The translations under genes were made by a program, and so were the position numbers. A stretch of 64,000 nucleotides of DNA from Eledone cirrhosa (taxonomy: Eukaryota), in contig OZ024747.1 in assembly GCA_964016885.1 (NCBI GenBank), positions 53,816,001-53,880,000 on the forward strand, in the 5' to 3' direction. Under the pieces are notes generated by a model that worked only from the letters and a program-made list of their open reading frames with translations, did no database searches and had not been told where the DNA came from. Each line of letters starts with the position of its first letter. Positions within the stretch are counted from its first letter, which is position 1. Positions 13,641-27,623 of this stretch are shown piece by piece.

Positions 13641-14164
13641 TCTATATATATAAAGTTGTAGTTCTTGTCTGCTTGTTTGTCTGTTTGTTTGTTCGCGAAC
13701 TCCTCTTATGGTTTTGGAGATAGACCCCCATAATCATATATATTCTGAAACTACATTGCCCAGGGTACTTGGATAAGTATATTTCATTTTAATGAAAGGG
13801 TTCCCCGGGGGCACAAACCCCCACTGAAAACCCCAGCTGAAAATGTTTTCCCTTCGATTTATATAAAATTTAAACCATAGGTAAATGACAAGATATGATG
13901 CCTATTCACAAAAGTTTTGAATTGATATTTTGAAAAAAAATTATTTACAAGAAACAAAATAAAAATAAGATTTAATAATGTCATTTTGATTTGATATATT
14001 ACAAAAAATAATGTTTTCTAATTTTTCATGCATTACATTTTACATTGAGTAATATTGAAATGGAAAGTTTTTCTCCATAAATTATATCACTGATTTAAAA
14101 TCAATCATTTTCTTACAAAAAGAAAAATGTGTGAAACGCAGCAAGGCGCGGGTGATTCGGCTAG
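13641..14164 (+). mobile_element. Non-autonomous Helitron
   Basis: Starts A|TCTATATATATAAA, has an internal (tgtc/tgtt) microsatellite, ends with a GC-rich hairpin-like cgcagcaaggcgcg and CTAG|T; no TSD. Confidence 0.75.
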
Positions 14165-14286
<122 letters not shown>

Positions 14287-14664
14287 CATAGGGAGAGATA
14301 TATAAACTGTGAATTAAATAAGAACAATCCCTCGTATAATGACCTCTGTTTGCCAGTTGTAATAGAATGTATAGCGAATCATGATTTGGAATCTAGTCAA
14401 AGAAATTCTGCCAGATATGAAATTGGCCTAATAAACCTACACTTCCTGGATGTCTTTATTAGTTAAACGCAACGCTGTGAAAGAGGAGCTCAGGTGTAAT
14501 AGAGTACTTGAAGGATAAAACAACGGGCTTTTGTAGTTTACTGTTTGCCGTTAAGTTCAAAATTCTTTTAAAGCTTTAGCATGCATGCGGTAGATTGGCG
14601 GAATTCTCTTTTAAAGTATGTGGTCTTGTGTGTATTTATGCTAGAAATCCGTTGTCATTCATAA

Positions 14665-14765
14665 TAATTGTTTCTACTTTAGGCACAAGGCTAGCAATTA
14701 CTCAGTACATTAGTGGTACTTTATTTTATCGACCCCGTAAGGATGAAAGGCAAAGGTAACACCGC
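14665..14765 (-). mobile_element. Family A SINE 3' fragment
   Basis: ggtactttattttatcgaccccgtaaggatgaaaggcaaag. Confidence 0.85.
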
Positions 14766-15849
14766 CTATCAATATGTATATTATATAGCTATATATTGGA
14801 CAATGTTTACTTTAAATTATATATTGAACAATGTATACATCATAAAGGTATATATTGAACAATATGTATATTATATAAATATATATTGAACAATGTTTAT
14901 ATTATATAGCTATATATTGGACAATGTTTACTTTAAATTATATATTGGACAATGACCATTGTTTACCATGTGTTCTTATGTCGTGCTATTTTCATGTGCT
15001 TGTCTATCAAAACTTACCAACCGTATCTAAACTCCCAGGATAGCTAGATATACAAATAGATATTCAAAATATCTACCTTTAAAAAGTTAACTTTGAGTAT
15101 GAGATGTTATATATTAGCAGTGTCCTCTCTTGTAAAGGAACATTTAACAGTGAATCACAGATTTACAATTTAAAGGAAAATTGATGTAATGACAAAATCG
15201 AATGTCTAAATCACAACCTTTATTCAGAAATAGGAACAAGAAATGTAATCTAGTTTCAATAGCCGTTTAGTAGGATTGCTAAGAATTTTATGGTTCTACT
15301 TAAAAATGCTGGTGACTAGACGAGCCAGGAATTATTAATATAAATATTGTAATGGCGATCTTCAGTTGCGTGCCAGACATAGGTAGATTAATTAAAAACT
15401 TACACACACACACACACACAATACGACTGAGAAAGCAAATAAACACACGCTCACACATGATATACGACTGGAAAACACACACACACACACACACACATAC
15501 ATAATACAGGACTAAGAAAACATATACACGTATACACATAATATACGCCTGAGGAAACACACACACATATATAATATACGACTGAGAAAAAAAAAACATA
15601 CAGACTCAATATACGTCTGAGAAAAAGAAATATATACACACATACACACACACACACACACACATAATACAGGACTGATAAAACCAACCATTTCAGACTC
15701 CAAATTTAATCTAATTGCAATATTCTGAACCTTCATCGAGTAAACGAAGATTTTTTTTTAAGAAGAAAAATGTATATTGTTCTAATGTAAAAGGAAGCCA
15801 CAGTAAATATACTATAACGACATCGTAGAAGTGGCATGATGGCTATTTA

Positions 15850-16280
<431 letters not shown>

Positions 16281-16284
<4 letters not shown>

Positions 16285-16867
16285 AAAAAATGGGGAGAAG
16301 AATACTGCAGGTTGCACATGGATAACATGTTTTAAAATGAGTCCCTCATCAGTGATTTGCCGACGATCATAGATATTTCATTGCATTAAAAATCATATAC
16401 CTCACGTCGGTGCAATAATAACTAAATTAAGTTATTAGGACAATTAAAACGCGTAAAGCGAGTGAGACAAGTAAACAACAAAGAGGAAAGCTAACCGTAG
16501 AGAGGAAGGGAACAAGCTACATAGTTATTCTGTTAGCATAAGCTAGGTGAATATATGAGCGCTTAGAAAAAAGACCTTTCGAGATGAATCCAAATGTAAG
16601 AAAGAAGGAAAATGTATTCGTCGCGAACGGGGTGAAGTGAGAAGGGGAGAAACAGTGAGTGAGTGAGTGGAAGTGTGAGGAAGAGTTAACTGACATGACA
16701 GAGGGGGCGAAAGAAAGTAGGAGAAACAGAGAGAACGAGGGAGCAGTAAGAGAGAGAGAGAGAAAAACAGAATCGCAGTTTAGGTAAATATATGTGAAAA
16801 AATGGGGAGAAGAATACTGCAGGTTGCACATGGATAACATGTTATAAAATGAGTCCCTCATCAGTGA
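16281..16867 (-). mobile_element. Possible non-autonomous PLE-type unit with about 75-bp direct repeats
   Basis: 16281-16355 repeats at 16793-16867; each copy has CTGATGA on the minus strand; purine-rich interior; TA-flanked. Confidence 0.4.
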
Positions 16868-17972
16868 AATATATATATACATGTATTTATATATGTGTGT
16901 GTGTATATACTTTTATGTTCAGATTTGATTTGATTTTGAGTTTGTATTAAATCATGATTGTTTCAGTTTTAACAAATGATCTCTGTAATACATCTAATAT
17001 ATATATATAATATACTACTCCGTAATACATCTAATATAATATACTACTCAGTAATACATCTAATATATATAATATATATACTACTCCGAAATTTCGCTAA
17101 CTTCTAGAATGAACGAAAGGTTTCTTCGATCGATCAGGTTAGACCCCGAATTAAGAAATCTATGGGGTTACAAACCTGTTCATGGTTCGTATCGATAAAC
17201 CACCACTTCAGGGGTAAGGACACCTAACTCTTAAAGTCACAACAAGGTGTAATAGTTTCCTATCATACATCGTTGGATATTGTTAGTATATTGTTTTCTG
17301 ATATTAATTTGTAGCTACATTATATATTGGATGGATTTTCTGAAAAATAAACCAATGTTAGAGCCCTTATTTAGTTCACATATCAACGTGTTTTGTGGGG
17401 TTTTGGATCATACTCATGCTACAACTTCCTTCAACCACAAAGGAAAGCTATGTGCTAGGTGGAAACCAACGGTGTGTCTTGTTCTCAAAGCGAATGATAT
17501 GGACTTCTACAAGTAGTGTCAACCTAATCCGAACATCCCATCTTTCTCTGGATCATATTTGACCACCTTTAAGACTTCTTCTCATGTTTTTTGTTAGCTT
17601 CAAAACCAGTGCAGAATACATTTGTGAAACTAACGTCCATAAAGCAGTGATCTAGATTGATATAATCTAGAAATAATATAGATGAGTAGGATGATACCAG
17701 CATAGACACATGAACACAAACATGAAGAGAGATTATTCGATGATATCAGCCCAGTACACCACTGGTACTTTATCTTATCCACACTGGAGTAAATGAAAGG
17801 AAAAGTTTATATCAGCATCATTTAAATTCAGAAAATAATGAGCAAAGATTTATATTCGTTACTTTAAAAATAAAAACATGTTCTTCAGCTTCTTTGTGGG
17901 ATTCAACAAAGTACGACAACAGATTTAATTAGACATTTGTTCACACACATTTTTCGTATTACTGCCTAGAGT

Positions 17973-18136
17973 CAGGACCTATAGGGAGGAAAAGCAGCCG
18001 GTACTTTGTACTGGGGCCCAAGAGCTAAGAAGGTCCCATAGCAACCATGCAACATACATTTTGAGAAACATCTTTGCCTGCTTAGGACCCCAAAGGCGTC
18101 TTGTACCGCCTTGCAAAATTTCTCTTGGTGGCCCTG
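17973..18136 (+). mobile_element. hAT-type MITE
   Basis: Termini cagg..cctg; 8-bp TSD cctagagt/ccaagagt; inverted second copy at 51773-51937. Confidence 0.8.
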
Positions 18137-18226
18137 CCAAGAGTAATATATATTATAGTTGTTTGTTAAAAGCCTTGATCGCAGATCATTTGTTGAAACT
18201 GAACAATCATATCATTGAAGTGTTGT

Positions 18227-18348
<122 letters not shown>

Positions 18349-19809
18349 ACACGCCTACCATTATTTTCGTTGGTCAGATGATTTGATCTGAGATTAGATC
18401 AAGTGTTCAAACTGAAATTGATTGGTTATCGACTTGACCTGAGATCAAGTGTTGAAACTGAATTATATCGTAGCAAAGTCATGATATTCGTCTAAAACCT
18501 CACATAGGGTTAGGGTTAGGGACTTCTCACTCCTGCTGGAGGAAAATCTCCTCGGTTGACATCCATCTGTTTGGTTTTCGTCTTGTGTGGTATGTAGCTA
18601 TACTCACCATGATTAACCAATTATGGGTTGGTGAGGCTATATACCCCATAGTTGGGTTGGATAGCTGTTGACTCAGGAAAGTTCTTCCATTATTTTTACA
18701 GCCCTTGTGTTTTGTTCTGCAGGGTGGGGTGTGGTTGGGGGAAGTTTAGTCACTGACAACTCGACCATGAAGCAGGTTGTACTGGGTTGCATGATACCAG
18801 TAGCAAGCGGAAGCCTGACCTTAAATATTTCTCTGTGTGTGTGTCATTTAAATAGGGAAAACACCTCTGAATTAGGCCCTTATCATGTCTCTTTCAGAAC
18901 AAGACGTCTACATTAGGTTTTCCCTTGGTACCCAGCTCATACTTGTGACTCCTACCTATCTATTTGTCTATCTATCTACCCGGCAGTCTACTTTTCTGTT
19001 TGTCTGTCTACCTATCTTTCTTCTTCAGAGAAGTTAATCAAAATATTTTAATATGTTTTTAGAGAACATATCACACCTAGTAACTCTCTCACAAAATTAA
19101 AAACCAGAAATAGCCTGTTACTAGAACCACCACACGCATGCATACATTCACACAGGCACATGCACACTCACACACTACCTCCACCATCGCTAACATCAAC
19201 ACCACTACCAATACCATCATCACTATAATTACTACAACCACCAACCCCACAACCACCATCACCACCAACAATATCAACGAACCAACCACCACCACCACCA
19301 CTACCACAACCATTGCTGCTACAAGTACCAACCACCAGCACCATCAACACCCCCTCACAAGTATCTACCCCACGACCACCACATTGTCCATTCAAACCAT
19401 CTTTGTTTTTGTTTCTAATTCATTACATTATTTCTTTTGTCCACCAGTTATTGTAGTTGTTGCTGTTGTTGTTATTTTGTTTTTCATTAATCTAAACTCA
19501 GGTTATTTTTTTTTCAAAATTTCATTTCCAGTTTTATCAAACTGAACCCCTTCTCACCCTCTCCCCATCAACACCTCACACTGTTCGTTTTTTTTTCATA
19601 TAGCAGCAACCCCTCTCTTCCATCCCCACCTCAAAACCCTCCCCTATTCTCCACAACGCTCCCCTACTCCGCACATTTACTGCCACCCACATCACTTCCG
19701 ACAAAAGGATGAAATATAAATACTGTTATTTTCATTTCACTCTCACTCACTTTTACCCTGTCTATCTATGTATATATCTGTCTACCTCTCTCACTCTCTT
19801 ACCCTGTCT

Positions 19810-19844
<35 letters not shown>

Positions 19845-20012
19845 TTTACGTCTGCTTTTCCCTGCTTGCAAGGGTGGGATGGGTCTTATTCAGCACAGCA
19901 TCTCTCCACCCGTCACGGTCCTTCGTCATCTCCTCCGTGGGTTTCAGCGATCTGAGGTCTGCTCTCACCACCTCTGCCCATGTTTTTCGTGGTCTACCTC
20001 TACTGCGTCTTC
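19810..20012 (-). mobile_element. RTE-clade LINE 3' end
   Basis: RGRPRKTWAEVVRADL...DRDGWR C-terminus followed by a (gat)n tail. Confidence 0.85.
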
Positions 20013-20029
20013 TCTCCCTCTCTCTCTCT

Positions 20030-20945
20030 CTCTCTCTCACTCTCTCTTACCCTGTCTATCTATGTATCTATCCCTCTCCCTCTCTCTTATCCTGTCTATC
20101 TATGTATCTATCCCTCTCCCTCTCTCTTACCCTGTCTATCTATGTATCTATCCCCCTCCCTCTCTCTTACCCTGTCTATCTATGTATCTATCCCTCTCCC
20201 TCTCTCTTACCCTGTCTATCTATGTATCTATCCCTCTCCCTCTCTCTTATCCTGTCTATCTATGTATCTATCCCTCTCCCTCTCTCTTACCCTGTCTATC
20301 TATGTATCTATCCCACTCCCTCTCTCTTACCCTGTCTATCTATGTATCTATCCCTCTCCCTCTCTCACCCTAACCCCTTTCTATCTATGTTTCTGTCCCT
20401 CTCCCTCTCTCACTCTCTCTTACCCTGTCTATCTATGTATCTATCCCTCTCCCTCTCTCTTATCCTGTCTATCTATGTATCTATCCCTCTCCCTCTCTCT
20501 TACCCTGTCTATCTATGTATCTATCCCCCTCCCTCTCTCTTACCCTGTCTATCTATGTATCTATCCCTCTCCCTCTCTCTTACCCTGTCTATCTATGTAT
20601 CTATCCCTCTCCCTCTCTCTTACCCTGTCTATCTATGTATCTATCCCCCTCCCTCTCTCTTACCCTGTCTATCTATGTATCTATCCCTCTCCCTCTCTCA
20701 CCCTAACCCCTTTCTATCTATGTTTCTATCCCTCTCCTTCTCTCACTCTCTCTTACCCTGTCTATCTATGTATCTATCCCTCTCCCTCTCTCACCCTAAC
20801 CCCTTTCTATCTATGTTTCTGTCCCTCTCCCTCTCTCACTCTCTCTTACCCTGTCTATCTATGTATCTATCCCTCTCCCTCTCTCTTACCCTGTCTATCT
20901 ATGTATCTATCCCTCTCCCTCTCTCACCCTAACCCCTTTCTATCC
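20030..20945. repeat. 40-bp pyrimidine-rich minisatellite
   Basis: Unit tctctcttaccctgtctatctatgtatctatccctctccc, about 20 copies. Confidence 0.95.
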
Positions 20946-21039
20946 CCTTCTCTCCGACCAGTCTGGGAAGCAAGTACCTTAACAAACCATCCCAGGCAAT
21001 GATGCAAGCAATCGAATGGTCACTTCACCACTACCATGA

Positions 21040-21343
21040 CAACATCAACAACGACAACTACTACTTCCACTAATTTCATCATCTCCCTCACCACCAAAAC
21101 CATCATCTCCAAGAGCATCATCATCATCATCACCATCATTATACACCCATCATCTTCTTCATTATCACCATCACCACAGCCATCACCATCATCCCCCTCA
21201 CCACCAAAACCATCATCATCATTATGCACGCATCATCATCATCATCATCATCATCACCACCATTACCACTTTGCTCTGACCACCATCATCATCATCACCA
21301 TCATCACTTTGCTCTGGCCATCACCATCACCATCACCATCATT

Positions 21344-21393
<50 letters not shown>

Positions 21394-21448
21394 TATGCAC
21401 ACAACATCATCATCACCATCATCACTTTGCCCTGGCCATCACCATCAC

Positions 21449-21481
<33 letters not shown>

Positions 21482-21643
21482 TATGTACACAGCATCATCA
21501 TCACCATCATCACTTTGCCCTGGCCATCACCATCACCATCATTATCATCATTATCATCATCATCATCATTATGCACACAACATCATCATCACCATCATCA
21601 CTTTGCTCTGGCCATCACCATCACCATCATTATCATTATCATT

Positions 21644-21675
<32 letters not shown>

Positions 21676-21835
21676 TATGCACACAACATCATCATCACCA
21701 TCATCACTTTGCCCTGGCCATCATCATCACCATCACCATCATTATCACTCCATGCATGTAGGATATAACCAACATGTAACAGTACTTAAACTGTTATGTA
21801 GTCCAGCCAGCCCTATCTCCCATTGCTGCTGCTGC

Positions 21836-21893
<58 letters not shown>

Positions 21894-21905
21894 GGTGGTG
21901 GTGGT
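21040..21905. repeat. (CAT/CAC)n-based compound tandem repeat followed by (TGC)(TGT)(TGG) runs
   Basis: Recurrent attatgcacacaacatc...cactttgccctggcca spacers between (cat)n runs. Confidence 0.9.
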
Positions 21906-22309
21906 GTTATTTAGACAATAATAATTGAACGAATATATTAAAACCGAACAATAATTACAACAAGAACAATAACGATGATGATGATGATGATGATAATAGT
22001 AATAATAATAATTATTTCTTTTTCAATAATAATATAAATAGCATCATCGTCATCATCATCATCATCATCAGAATCACCATGACTACTACAATTAACACCA
22101 ACAGGAAAGACAGAAGGGTTTTTACTCATTCAAACTCCATGATCCCTTTTGGTGGGTGGGGGGGGGGGGGAGAAAGTAAAAAAATATACAAACACATAAA
22201 TAATAATAGAATAAAAGCTAATAAAATAAACAAATACATTGAAAACAAAACAGACCCCCCACCCCCACCCCCCCAAAAAAGTTTGACAATTGCAATGAAA
22301 ATTTTTAAA

Positions 22310-22437
22310 GAGAGAGAGAGAGGAGAGTTAGTGGGTATGGGTGTGAGAGTGGTAGGGGAAGGTAGAGTGTGAGAGAGACGGGAGGAGAGAGTGAAAGATG
22401 TAGAGGGAGAAAGAAAGAGAGAGGAGAGTTAGTGTGT

Positions 22438-22471
<34 letters not shown>

Positions 22472-22766
22472 TGAGAGAAGGTAGTGTGTGAGAGAGACGG
22501 GAGGAGAGAGTGAAAGATAAAGAGGGTGAAAGAAAGAGAGAGGAGAGTTAGTGTGTATGGGAGAGAGAGAGAGAGTGATGAGGGAAGGTAGTGTGTGAGA
22601 GAGACGGGAGGAGAGAGTGAAAGATGTAGAGGGTGAAAGAAAGAGAGAGGAGAGTTAGTGTGTGGGAGAGAGAGAGAGTGATGAGGGAAGGGTGTGTGTG
22701 AGAGAGACGGGAGGAGAGAGTGAAAGATGTAGAGGGAGAAAGAAAGAGAGAGGAGAGTTAGTGTGT

Positions 22767-22804
<38 letters not shown>

Positions 22805-22985
22805 TGAGGGAAGGTAGTGTGTGAGAGAGACGGGAGGAGAGAGTGAAAGATGTAGAGGGAGAAAGAAAGAGAGAGGAGAGTTAGTGTGTGGGAGAGAGAG
22901 AGAGAGAGAGAGTGATGAGGGAAGGTAGTGTGTGAGAGAGACGGGAGGAGAGAGTGAAAGATGTAGAGGGAGAAAGAAAGAGAGA
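22310..22985. repeat. About 110-125 bp GA-rich tandem repeat
   Basis: gagagacgggaggagagagtgaaagatgtagaggg repeated 6 times with variable (ag)n. Confidence 0.9.
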
Positions 22986-23724
22986 AGGAAACAGTATTTG
23001 AACTGTGAAAGTGAAAGTAATAAAATGAAATGTATTGATTAATCTGGAAAAATAAAATACAACAACTGCACTAACTAAAATAACAAAAACAAACAAAGGC
23101 ATACAATACCAAACTGGACTATCTAGATTAACTTCTAACAAATAATATATATATATATATATATAATGCATATATATATATACATTATATATATATAATG
23201 TATATATATACATTATATATATATATAATGTATATATATATATATAATGTAAATATATATATATATATCTATATATATATAGACACATACATATATATAT
23301 AAAGACACATACACATGCAGTATATTTTAAATAATTAATAAAACCACAACAGATAAACAATGGCAACAACAACAACAACAACAACAACTGGAATAATAAG
23401 AATTAGAACACTGACTAAAATTAATACAGTAATGAGAACATAAATAAATAAAGTAAAAAAAAAAATAGAATATAAATGAAAGTAAAAAATATATTGGGAA
23501 TTGAAATAATTAAGAAATAGCAACAACTACAACAACAATATAACTACAACAACAACCAAAACAACTGTTAATACCAACAAATGGAACCAACGCTAAAGTT
23601 AACATAATAGAAATATGTTTTTTTTTCAGTTGAATGGAGGGGGGGGGGGGGTAATATATAAAAAAAAAAATTAAATAGAAAAAAACACCAAAACAATAAC
23701 AATGATGATAATAACAATAATAAT

Positions 23725-24270
23725 AATTGTTCCTACTATTTGGCGCAAGGCCAGCAATTACCCACAGTACATTACTGGTACTTTATTTTTTATCGACCCC
23801 GTAAGGATGAAAGGCAAAGTCAACCTCGGCGGGATTTGAACTCAGATCGTAAAGGGACGTAACTATGCTGGAATAATTGTTTCTACTTTTTGGCACAAGG
23901 CCAGCAATTACCCAATGTATTACTGGTACTTTATTTTTTTCGACCCCGTAAGGATCAAAGGCAAAGTTAACCTCGGCGGGATTTGAACTCAGCATGGCAA
24001 GGGGCGTAACTCTATGCGTCAAAGCATGGCGTCCGACCGTCTACTGATACTGCCATTCCACAATAATAATAATAATAGAAAATTGGTAATAAGTATTAAA
24101 CCACAACAACAATATTGGCACAAGGCCAGCAATTACCCCAGTGCATTACTAGTACTTTATTTTATTGAACCTCTAAGGATGAATAGCAGGGGTCGATAAA
24201 ATAAAGTATCAGTAATGCATTGGTGGTAATTGCTGGCCTTGTGCCAAAAGTAGAAACAATAATAATTGTT
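23725..24270. mobile_element. Family A SINE copies: two on the minus strand plus a head-to-head pair of 3' halves
   Basis: Core and tail motifs at 23725-23870 and 23875-24060 (-), 24115-24170 (-) and 24189-24270 (+). Confidence 0.85.
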
Positions 24271-24358
24271 ATTGTTGTTGTTGTTGTTGTTGTTGTTACC
24301 AATTTTCTATTATTATCATTGTTGTTGTTATCATCATCATCACAATCATCATCATCAC

Positions 24359-24369
<11 letters not shown>

Positions 24370-24397
<28 letters not shown>

Positions 24398-24722
24398 TTT
24401 ACGTCCACTTTTCCCTGCTTGCAAGGGTGGGACGGGAACTGATTCTGGCTTGATTTCTACAGCTGGATGCCCTTCCTAACACCAACCTCATTTACAGTGA
24501 GTGCTAGGTGCTTTTTTTGCCGTGGCACCTCCACGACCACTTTGCAGTGGAATGATAGGGACCCCAGTCAACTATCATCTCATTTCTACAGTTGAGTAAA
24601 CTGGAGCAATGTGAAATAAAGTGTCTTGCTCAAGGAAACAACACATCATCCGGTCTGAGAATTGGACTCACAACCTTTCGATTGCAAGGCCAATGCTCTA
24701 ACCACTAAGCCATGTGCCTCCA
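24370..24722 (-). mobile_element. tRNA-derived SINE with RTE-type tail (family B)
   Basis: Reverse complement of 38614-38960. Confidence 0.9.
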
Positions 24723-25391
24723 TCATCATCATTATTGTTGGTGTTATTTTCTATTAATATTTTTTTAAAATATATACACACTCCACTCAACTACAAAAGA
24801 TTAATAACAACAATAATGAAAAACGCAACAGTAGAATGAAGAACAAGTATTGCTAACAACAGGAAAATATAGAAAATAGACTTGTGAAGTTAATAAATCA
24901 ACAATATAGTTTTTTGAGTAAAAATGGTTATTTGTGTTTATTTTCTTTTCTTTTTCTTTTATTTATTTTCTTCTTTTCTTTTCTTTTCTTTTCTTTTCTT
25001 TTCTTTTATTTTCTTTTATTCTTTTAAAGTGTGTTTATAGAAAAAAATTGAAAAAACTGGACAACAACAAGAGTATAAAAAAGTAAACAAGTTTATATGG
25101 TACATTAATTAACAAAAGAATTTACAATAACAAAATTATATTTAAATACATATAAAAAATATCTAATGTAAATGTTAAATATATAAATATAGTAGCAAAT
25201 ATAGAATTTTATTTAAAAATTTTTCAATAACAATGCCATAGTATGAATTCAATACTACTACTGCTGCTATCGCTACTACTACTACTACTACTACTAGTGA
25301 CAATAGCTTCAATAGTTCCAAAGATAGCACATCAACAATGACAAAGAAATAAAAAGATAAAATCAAATCAAATATTGAAAACTAAAATGAA

Positions 25392-25472
<81 letters not shown>

Positions 25473-25939
25473 ATGGCTGCTGCAATAGTTACTAATGCAG
25501 TCATCGGACTACTGTTTTTTAATTAAAGTCCTTGCACATTAAATTCATCATTCTATTAATTCCTTATCTTTACTCTGCTGACTGCAGCTTTCTACATGGC
25601 ATGTACACACTTTATCAGACCCGACATTTGTCTACCCCTAGCTTAATTAGCATCCATCAGGTCATAGTGCATAGGATCCTTGAAAGCCCTTCTTTAGATT
25701 GACAAATATTAAGGATAGGGCTTTATTCCTACTTAGGTAGAAAGCACTGGTGGTCCCTCTTCCTGGCACAAATCCAAACCACATCCTATCTCCTTTAATT
25801 CTATTTCTGATCTATTTTGCAATAACCTTTTCCCTAAGTATAACCATCATCAATACAGTTTATGATGCTAGCCAGCTTGGCTTACCAGGCTTTGCTCATA
25901 TGTACCATTTGGTATGGGTGCTCTTCCTAAAGCTAACCA

Positions 25940-26430
25940 CCTCACAGGGTAGACTGGGTGCTTTTCTCTTACAATGTGGAATTGGTGCTTTTTGTTGTGG
26001 AACCAACACAATTACCTTACAAGGTGGAATGCGTGGTTTTTGTTGTAGCACCAGCACAACTACCTTAGGTGTGGAATTGGTGGTTTGTGTTGCGGTACCC
26101 GTACAACTACCTTACAGGGTGGAATTGGTGGTTTTTGTTGCGGTACCAGTACAACTACCTTACAGGGTGGAATTGGTGGTTTTTGTTGCGCTACCAGTAC
26201 AACTATCTTACAGGGTGGAATTGGTGGTTTTTGTTGCGCTACCAGTACAACTATCTTACAGGGTGGAATTGGTGGTTTTTGTTGCGCTACCAGTACAACT
26301 ATCTTACAGGGTAGAATAGGTATTTTTCGTTGTGGCATCAGCACTACTACCTCATTTTGTTGTGGCACCAACACAACTAACCTACAGGGTGAAATAGGTG
26401 TTTTTTGTTGTGGGACCAGCACTACTACCT
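25940..26430. repeat. 42-bp minisatellite related to the family B SINE internal module
   Basis: Unit ttacagggtggaattggtggtttttgttgcgctaccagtacaactatc-like. Confidence 0.85.
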
Positions 26431-26561
26431 TTTATAATCATTTCCATAACATACTCATGTATAAGTCTCGTCTCTATTTCAAATGTATTTACAATACAAC
26501 ATGTATCTTAAGACTCATGAAAGTTTATTAATGAGAAAATGTGAGAGTGATACACAAATAA

Positions 26562-26880
26562 ACAGGCACTCCGACAGTTAAGATAAGTGTTCCAGTTGAT
26601 ATCAATGGAACAGCCTGCTTGTGAAATTAACATAAAAATGGTTGGGTATTCCACAGATACACATATTCTTAATGTAGTTCTCAGGGAGATTCAATGTGAC
26701 ACAGAATATGACAAGGCTGGCTCTTCAAATTACAGGTACATCTCGTTTTTATCAGCTGATTGGACTGGAACAAAATTGAATTAACTGACTCCCTGAAGAG
26801 TACAATGTGCTGCCAGGAATTGATTTCATGACCCTAAGATCGTTAGTTAGTTAAATACCCTAACCACTAAGCCACCTGCA
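26562..26880 (-). mobile_element. Family C SINE
   Basis: tRNA head (..taaccactaagccac) and body matching 8683-8970. Confidence 0.7.
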
Positions 26881-27623
26881 TTCATGATATGTGAATATTT
26901 ACAGTAAATCTTACAAAATATGGAAACAGAAATTTGAGGTATTTTTCTTAACATAAAATTCAAGACCTTTCTTGCTGTTTCTAACAATTATTTCAATAAC
27001 TATGTCTTTTATATACAAGCATTATTACAAACACTACAGTCTTCCAGGTATTTCCTTCTTTTAGTTGCATGATTTCACATCTTCTAATGAAGAAATTCTC
27101 CAATAACAAACACAGCTGGTCTGCTACTTGCTTACTTGTTTCCAATAGCTAGAGGCAAGTTTTCTCAAATTTTGTCTTATTTCTTCACCTATCAGATTAA
27201 TATTACATTTTTCCACAAAAAACACAGTTAGCCTTTTTCTTTATTTTACTGCAAACAAATCTATATTTACTTTTTGTCATTTTAATTGACAATTCTTTAT
27301 ATGTCTGCTAATGGAAAAGCTAGATTGTTATTACTATCACCATCATCATCATTAAATAGTAATAAAAATCACTCTATGTGGTCTCTCTCCTCACTTTTCA
27401 TATTCTTTCCTTGTTTCCTATTTTGTTCTCTAGAGTTAATTTTATTTATGAATGGTATTTCTTATTGGTTTTATAATAATCTCACTATTATATAATAATC
27501 TCATTATTATAATAATCTCACTATTTTAATCAACAGAAACTTGTTGTTCTCCTATGTATTTCACACTTATCTCCCAATGTTTGAGGCCCTTGTGACCAAT
27601 AAAAGAAATTATTATTATAATAA

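Noticed and set aside
17090-17570. Possible host exon in more complex sequence
   Set aside because: No sustained ORF or recognisable domain; more likely old TE debris.
18505-18521. (TTAGGG)x3 interstitial telomere
   Set aside because: Too short to interpret.
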